Assembly: GCA_001244265.2 (NCBI GenBank)
Contig: LN717261.1
Location: forward strand, 496,001 to 560,000
Length of the DNA stretch: 64,000 nucleotides
Reading direction: 5' to 3'
Source: Microbotryum violaceum
Taxonomy: Eukaryota
The translations under genes were made by a program, and so were the position numbers. Below the pieces are notes generated by a model. That model did no database searches, was not told where the DNA came from, and was given only the letters and a program-made list of their open reading frames with translations. Numbering within the stretch: the stretch's first letter is position 1; every line of letters begins with the position of its first letter. Below, one piece after another: positions 57,101-64,000 of the stretch.

Positions 57101-58176
57101 AAGGTATTTTTATGTGGTCCAATTGATAAGCAAATAAATAATAGGGGTTCACACAATAATCCAGTATCGAGGATGGTCACGTGAACACTCGCGCAGCGAG
57201 CAACTAGTGAGGCACGCGCGCTCAAGGTCCGTGCTCAGGAACGGCTCGTAACACAAGGCATTCAAACTCGAGAGGCTTGTCTGTCGACCATGAAAGCTGT
57301 ATCCGGGTGTCTGGTTTGTCAAAGCTGGAGGCGAAAAGCTCAGACACCCTCACGTCCAAGAGGGGTGCTATTCACTCAAAATCATCGTCAAAGAGATCGA
57401 TATCCGGACCTCTACGTTTCGTCAAAGCAAGCCGTGCCGAGAATGTAGGATATTGGTGATGATGGCACAGACGGTGTTGACGCGACGCGGCGGGGAAGGC
57501 AAGAGACGCGCGCACTCAAACGTTCAACAACCAGCCAAGAGGTTATAAAAAATATCCATCAATTAGAGCCGTTGTTGTGAATTCGGTACAGCCCAGTTTG
57601 TCTCGCGCGCGCTCCCGCGGCTCTTGAGGGTCGGCAAACTTTGGCTTTCCAAGCCGAATGTGGCCGAAATGGGTCCCGATTTGTCCACTGAAACCTACGG
57701 GCCTAGGTCCCCACCCACACCGGCGCACCATGATTTGTCCACGCTCGACTACGCGCCTTGGCGATTTTGGCCCATTTGAGGCCCACAATTTGTCCAGTCG
57801 GGCGCTACACGCCTTAGGCCGGGCTTTCGGGGGTCCTGACTGCACTCGAATTCCTTTGATCGCCCTAAAGTAGGGCTTGCGCTCCCACCACCACAACAGA
57901 CGCTCACACAGCGCAAATCGCAGACCTATACCAAGATTCTAGCTCGGCGTCCGACAACTACTGTTACCATCGCTTTCGACTGCATCTTGGTGATCAAGCA
58001 TTTGGTGCCGCAGGCCAGCCTCCGTCTCTCAGCTCCAGGTTCAGCTTCCCCGTGCCAGGGGCCTTTGTCTCGCGATCGAGGTGCGAAGACGGGAGTGTCC
58101 GTCCGCGCATTGATCCAGCCCGTTGCCTGTGGCGTTCGTCATCGCCGAGTCGACCCGCGGGACCAACGTCCAGGCG

Positions 58177-61100
58177 ATGACATCGTTATTCCAATCCGCA
58201 CCTTTGATCTCGACACCCTCGCCATCTTCGATCGCCGTCGCTCACTACGGACCGGCATCAGGCGCTGGAGCAGGGGTCGGAGACAGTGGTGGTGGGGCGA
58301 TCGCGGCTAATTCGACGTCGCGGTCTCACCTTCTGTCGCAGAAGCAGGCCCAATCCACCCCGATTACTGTCGAAACAGCTACATCTCTGATGATAGCCGA
58401 TGCACCGCCGATCGCGACCAACTCGGCGTTGAACAAGGTCGCTTCGGCGTCTTCGTCCTTGTACCAGAACTGTCGGGTGGTGCTCATGCGCCTACGCCGT
58501 GTGCCTGGCTTCGCCGAACGCTTCTTGGACGGACCAGCGACGGCGGAAGCCGAAGCGGTGCTCGGACTTTTAAGCGATCCCGTATCACGATCTCTTCACA
58601 CATTGCGTCTTGGATCCTCCCTATGCTTCCTCTTCAATGCTCTCGGCCTCGACCACCAACTGGACATCAATCCGAAAGCGACGATCTCAAATCTCAAGGC
58701 GTGCCAGCGGGGGACCGCTCATTTCATCATGGCGTGTAAGCAAGATCTCAAGTGGCCCGACGGCCAGCTTTTTGCAATTCACGAGCTGTACGGACAGGAC
58801 ACGAACGGGGTTGTCAAGGTGAGTTTCTGAGCAGACTGCTTTGCCAAGCTGTCGGAAGGCGCCTACTCATGGCGGCTTCCCCAATTCGCTGCAGGTCATC
58901 CACACCGTGAATTTTCTGCTCAATATGCTCCAGATACAAGGGGCCCTTCTTGAGCCTGTTGCCGAGTCTGATCCGGTGAAGCCGACTAGTGGGCCTTCCG
59001 ACGAGCGAACAATGATCGTGCGCGAGATCTTGGACTCGGAACGGAAATATGTTCAGGATCTGGAGGTGCTACAGGTGAGTCTTGTGGAGTGGGAAGCCAT
59101 TTCCTCGGGCCGCTTATTTATCTAAGGTTGTACGATACCCCTGGGGGCTGTGCTCGTGCAGGATTACCAACGACAAGTTCAAGCGAATGAGGTTCTATCG
59201 CAAGATCAAGTGCACGCGCTCTTCCTCAACCTCAACACACTGACAGATTTCCAACGCCGAGTACTGATCGGTGTAGAGGCAAATGCCTCGCGGCCGCCAG
59301 AGGAGCAACGCTTTGGGAACTTGTTCTTGCAGATGGTACATGACCTACGCCCCTAGCGTCTCTTGCGATGATGACTACGCCCTGATGCCTCGAGCCGTTC
59401 TTTCCCCTCCACCCTAGGAGGAGCACTTTTCTATCTACGAGCCGTATTGTGCCAACCTGACTTGTGCGCAAGAGTTGGCGATGGCAGAAAATGCAGCCCT
59501 TTTGGTGAGCTGGTTCGGGAAGTGTGAAGGGCCAGCACTGGGTGACTTAAGCAATTCGTCCCGATCCTTTGCAGCGGTTGGCGCATGTGCTCGATCCCAT
59601 TTCGGAGTTGGCACCGCTCCTTATCAAACCCGTTCAGCGAATATGCAAATATCCTCTGCTTATTGGTGTACGTCAGGATTTGGACGTTAAGCTGAGCTCG
59701 AGGGCCGTTTCTCACCTGACTGAGATCGGTATTCAATGGTTTGCGCAGTCGCTTCTCAAGAACACGCCCGAAGAGTCGCCCTATCATGGAGAGCTCAAGG
59801 CGGGGCATGCTGCCATCATGCGAGTGACGGACCGAGTCAACGAGATGAAACGTCGCGAAGAAAATCACAAAGCTGTGATGGATCTCAGAAAACGAGTCGA
59901 AGATTGGAAGGGGCACGACATCGACTCGTTCGGCGAGCTTCTGCTTCACGACGTCTTCAGTGTTCAAAAGAATGATTCGGAGCGCGAGTACTTCGTGTAC
60001 CTCTTTGAACGCATCATCCTGTGCTGCAAAGAGGCTGCTCCTGTGGGTAGGAGAAGTGGGAGGGCTGGGTCCGTCAAGGGCAAGACGGGGGGTCGCAAGG
60101 TCCCTGGTTTGGTGTTGAAGGGTCGCATTTTCGTGCACAATGTGACAGGTACAACGGCGACGCATCGCACATGTGAGTCTTCGAGAGCCCCAAGTCTCCT
60201 GTCCCCACTTTGCTCACTATTCGCGGGCGTCTGGCTTGTTCGACGCCCTAGCTCAAAACCTTCTCGAGATCCGATGGCGGGGCGATGTGGGTGAAGAGGC
60301 GTTTACCATCAAATGTCGAAGTGAGGACGTGCTCAAGCATTGGGAGAAATCGGTCGCCAAGGCCGTGGACGAAGTGGTGACCCGCCGTCGTACGAACCAT
60401 CTGTCGGCAAGTCGAAGATCGGAGATGTCAACCACCCCTTCCTTATCCAGCTTCCAGGGCGACGGCATGTCCTCGTCGTATGCTTGGCACGGCTCAATGC
60501 TCCCCAGCGAAGGACCCAGCAGCAGCAACTGCGACGACTCAGAGTTCATCTCCGAATCTGGCCGATCGACGCCGAACAGCACAATGTACGCCGGCCTTAC
60601 GCGACATGCTTCCGGCAGCATTCGATCGATTCCGATCGATGCGCATGGAACAGTGCAACGACTGCGACCGAACGCCAGCGTCGAGCGCATAGCGTCTCCT
60701 GCAAAGTTGACCCGGTCAAAGTTCACCAGCGGGACCCATACGCCAGCTCACGGCACCGGATCTCCCATCGAGCAGGTGAAGCCCTCGAACGCTATGACTA
60801 AGCCTTCGCCACCTCGACGACCGGTTCTGGCTCGAACACGCTCCGCAAGCAGTCCCGTAGAATCCACCAAATCAATATTGGGCGACAGCTTGCCACAGGT
60901 CTTGGATTCAGAGTGGTCCGTGCGCGGTGGCGATCAACACCGCGCCACCCATCCCTACGCAAGTAAGCCGAGTCCGGTCGAAGAGCTTACTTCGGCCAAA
61001 GTGATGGGCGGTCACAAGCCAGGAGGCACGAACTCGGGTGCGACGCTGGCGTCCCAATCCTCGGCGACCTCATCGAACCTGAAACGGTTCAGCTCATCCA

Positions 61101-61528
61101 GTATCGGTACCGATCGCTCCTCAGCGACCTCGAGCATGTCAACAAGTCTGCCCGCAACGAACAGGCACTTGCCGTCACCTTCGTCGCCTCAACAATTCTC
61201 GGCCCAGCACGAGACATATCCCTCGGGGAGAGCCATTTCTTCGACGATGTTTCGATTTAAAATCAACTTTGGGAACTGCACGTTCATAGTCGTAGCTTCG
61301 GGCCGGGTCTCGCACCGTGAGCTCCTGGACAAGGTGCTCAAGAAACTACGTCTCTGCGGTCACGCGATTCGGGACAGCACCGGTCTGCGACTTCGCTACG
61401 AGGACGAAGACGGGGACCGTATCCTGATTGGGAACGACTCGGACTTGCAAATCGCTTTGGAAGATCTGGAAGAGTCGACCACGACGGGTCAGCCGACTCT
61501 TGTCTTGTCCGCCAAGCTTGACGCTTAG
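58177..61528 (+). CDS. CDC24: Cdc42 GEF Cdc24/Scd1 (CH-DH-PH-PB1), multi-exon
   Basis: SLYQNC..LRLGSSLCFLFN (CH); REILDSERKYVQDLE, LIKPVQRICKYPL (DH); RVEDWKG..FGELLL..YLFERIILCCKE..LKGRIF (PH); LRYEDEDGDRILI.NDSD (PB1). Confidence 0.95.
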
Positions 61529-61887
61529 AAGTATATGCGCTTGCCACATCATGGAGCAGCGAGCATGTCGCTTCAAGTTCAAGTTGGACAATCTTGTCGC
61601 TCTCGCATCCGCCACCCCGCTTCGCGCCCAGTACTCGCTATTATATACTGAGACCTTATCACATAATTACACGGAATCGGCTGTCGTATTTCTTCAGTAT
61701 GTCCATATCAATGTGTAAAATATGAGTACCAAGTAGTTCGTTAGTGCCCTGTTTGAATTACATTACACTTGCGGCCGCAAAGCGATGGAACGAGAACAGA
61801 CGAGAAGTAGGCAGGCCGGACTTGAGTTGTGGTCTTAGCGACTTGGCTTCGCTCCTGTTCGTTCCCCGCTAGCTGTAGTGTGCTACG

Positions 61888-63489
61888 ATGACGGACGCAG
61901 CGGGTGGCAATGCTGGGTACCTGCTTTGTGTGATTGTCAGTGCGCTTCTGCCTCCACTGTTGCTACCGTGCCTGCTGCTGTGTTTGCTGAGTGATGCCCT
62001 TCGTTGACGTGGACCTTGCCCTCGCGTGATCACCCTCGCCCCACAGCTCGATTTGAATCCACTGGCTTGGTCGCTGTCGTCGGTCGCCGATCCACAGACT
62101 CACGATCAACTCTCACTCGAACAGGCGTTGGATCAGGTGCTGATCTTTGCCAATGCCCATCTTGCGTTGCGCCATGAGAACCAGATCGCCGTATTCGGAG
62201 TGGGATATTCGATGTCGTCAGTCCTCGCTTCAGCCTGGTCGAGCCCAAGCAGCCACCGGCTCGGCGGCCGGTGCCCCGGGCCGGGCACGATGCAAACGAA
62301 CTGACTTGTTCTGTTCTGTTGGACATCGTTCCTTGAACTAGGAAATTGCTCTACTCGTCCTCTCTTGCACCTTCGGCTGCACCTTCCGTCGAGCCACTCT
62401 CATCCGCGAGAGATGCCAACACCTATCAGCAGTTCAGGATCGTCAACAAGGGTACCACAAACGGTGTGAGGGATATGATGGCCGAGCAGTCGGACGATAA
62501 CGTTGGGAAAGGTGCGTGCTCTTTTTCACCAGGCCATCGGCGGTCCACAGGCAAGATTGGGACCATATCGCTGACAAGTGGCCCACGTCGATCCCAGCGG
62601 ATGTCGACATGGTCGGCGCCCTCGCAATGGTGCTGTGTCGTGCGTTGTTTTCGGCACTCCTTCCACGATTTGCATACAGTTAAGGTGGAGCTGAACTTCC
62701 TCAGTTCTCTTTCGTCCTCACAGATGTGAATCGACTGAACTCGGCCTCGACACTTACGCCGAACCTGAACAAGCCTCGACCACGGATCCTGGTTCTTAGC
62801 GTGACCGATGACGCCTCAACGCAATACGTCTCGACTATGAATTGCATCTTCACCGCACAAAAGAATGTCAGTGATTCAATTGTTGAGCGGACGGTTCGTA
62901 TTGCGTCCCAGTTTCCCCGTACCTAATGCACAAGCCCGTGGGACACATTTTGCCGTCTCTAGAGTATTCCCATTGATGTCTGCAAAATCTTTGGGCGAAA
63001 TGCGGTTTTTCTACAACAAGCCTGCCACCTCACAGGCGGATCGTATTTCAAGATCGCTCAGCGACGGGGCCTCTTGCAATACCTCATCGTGCGTGTATCG
63101 CTGCAAAACTCGTCGTACCTTCGCTCTATCCAAATTCGGACTGCGAGCTCACTCAGCACGGAAGCGAACCTCCACAGATGACCTTCCTGCCTGGCCCATC
63201 GGCTCGCAAGCATCTAAATCAGCCGACACAAGATCAAGTTGATCTCCGCGCGGCATGCTTCTGCCACCGCAAAATTGTTGATGTCGGCTACGTGTGCTCC
63301 GTGTGCCTATCGATCTTCTGCGCGCCGGTGCCGGTCTGCGCGACGTGTCGGACCAAGTTCCCCATGGCGACCTTGAAACGATTTGGATTCGGTGCAAGAC
63401 CAACGAACAGTGGGGCAATTGCGAGATCGAAGAAGCGGAAAGCGCCGCCGAACGGGGAGACCCTCCCTCCAGTTTCGATCGGCGTTTGA
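61888..63489 (+). CDS. TFB4: TFIIH subunit Tfb4/p34 (GTF2H3), multi-exon
   Basis: LLCVI|LDLNP..LIFANAHLA..NQIAV; RILVLSV..QYVSTMNCIFTAQK; FLQQACHLTGG; VDLRAACFCH..GYVCSVCLSIFC..CATC. Confidence 0.95.
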
Positions 63490-63599
63490 ACCGGCCAGGG
63501 GACTGTGCGCTATACCAGCATAATGTACGTTGACGCCTTCCGATGTTGTAACAATGACGGTGCATGTGTCGCGTCGTATGCGCATGAGACGTGGGCCCT

Positions 63600-64000
63600 C
63601 TAAGGCCTATGGTCCGATATCTTGCGCGTGACATGAGCCCACAGTTTAAGCCAGTCGGCTCTGACTTGCTCCGAGCCTTGGGTCCACTCGCCTCGCAAAG
63701 AGCACCCGGCATCTTCTCCATCATCCTGTAGAGCCGTAAAAGTGGCTTCGATCTGATTGCCACCTGTTCCAGCGGTGTTTTGGCCGGCGATACCTGTCTG
63801 AGTGGGGTTTCGCGCCATCCGACGAGCCGAGCGAGACCAAGAATTGCACGCCGCTCTCATTTGAATCACGCCTGGTGCAGAATGTGAGGTCTTGACGCCA
63901 TCTAGCGAGTATAGAATGGTACAGACAAGATTATAAAGAGTCGGGGCGTCCATTTCTGACGGAGCACGAAACGTGGCGGAGTTCACCGGAGGGGAGAACT
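63600..64000 (-). CDS. 3' end of a gene running off the window; resembles the C-terminus of fungal METTL16-like methyltransferases
   Basis: Open frame with NSWSRSARR and W.QG...W.KLWAHVTRK; identification from recalled motif similarity only. Confidence 0.45.
   Translation of the reverse strand, partial: FSPPVNSATFRAPSEMDAPTLYNLVCTILYSLDGVKTSHSAPGVIQMRAACNSWSRSARRMARNPTQTGIAGQNTAGTGGNQIEATFTALQDDGEDAGCSLRGEWTQGSEQVRADWLKLWAHVTRKISDHRP

Larger units (their letters stand above)
43019..57253 (-). mobile_element. Host Ty3/Gypsy element split by KDZ, Copia and Gypsy insertions
   Basis: LTR 57113-57253. Gag from 57095 reads through the KDZ site (..TDEALK|WFSAF..), knuckle CLYCGRAGH, protease IDSGS, RT to SKIDLR (~48520), resuming AYNLIRI..FRTRY at 43019-43080. 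Confidence 0.85.

Noticed and set aside
57563-57868. Possible hAT-like MITE (TAGAGC..GAATTCG / CGAATTC..GCCCTA)
   Set aside because: Inverted match is weak and no TSD is visible.

Overview
Eukaryotic, intron-rich fungal DNA. The gene set, the TE families and a TCG/CGA-focused C-to-T mutation signature point to a basidiomycete, probably Pucciniomycotina (Microbotryum-like); the taxonomy is inference. Host genes sit at both ends: a mitochondrial oxodicarboxylate carrier (ODC) and MRD1 on the left, and CDC24/Scd1, TFB4 and a probable METTL16-like 3' end on the right. Between them lies a gene-free island of nested transposons of about 50 kb (7112-57253). It holds two copies of a KDZ (Kyakuja-Dileera-Zisupton) DNA transposon, one complete with 123-bp TIRs and an 8-bp TSD, several Ty3/Gypsy chromoviruses, Ty1/Copia elements, solo LTRs with TSDs and Helitron-like pieces. 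It also holds a CryptonF-type tyrosine-recombinase gene enclosed by 312-bp inverted repeats and followed by a ~470-bp interrupted palindrome, the least-explained structure in the window. Three single-base deletions in homopolymer runs of MRD1 suggest residual assembly indel errors, so frameshifts here are weak evidence of pseudogenisation. All exon and element boundaries were read by eye.
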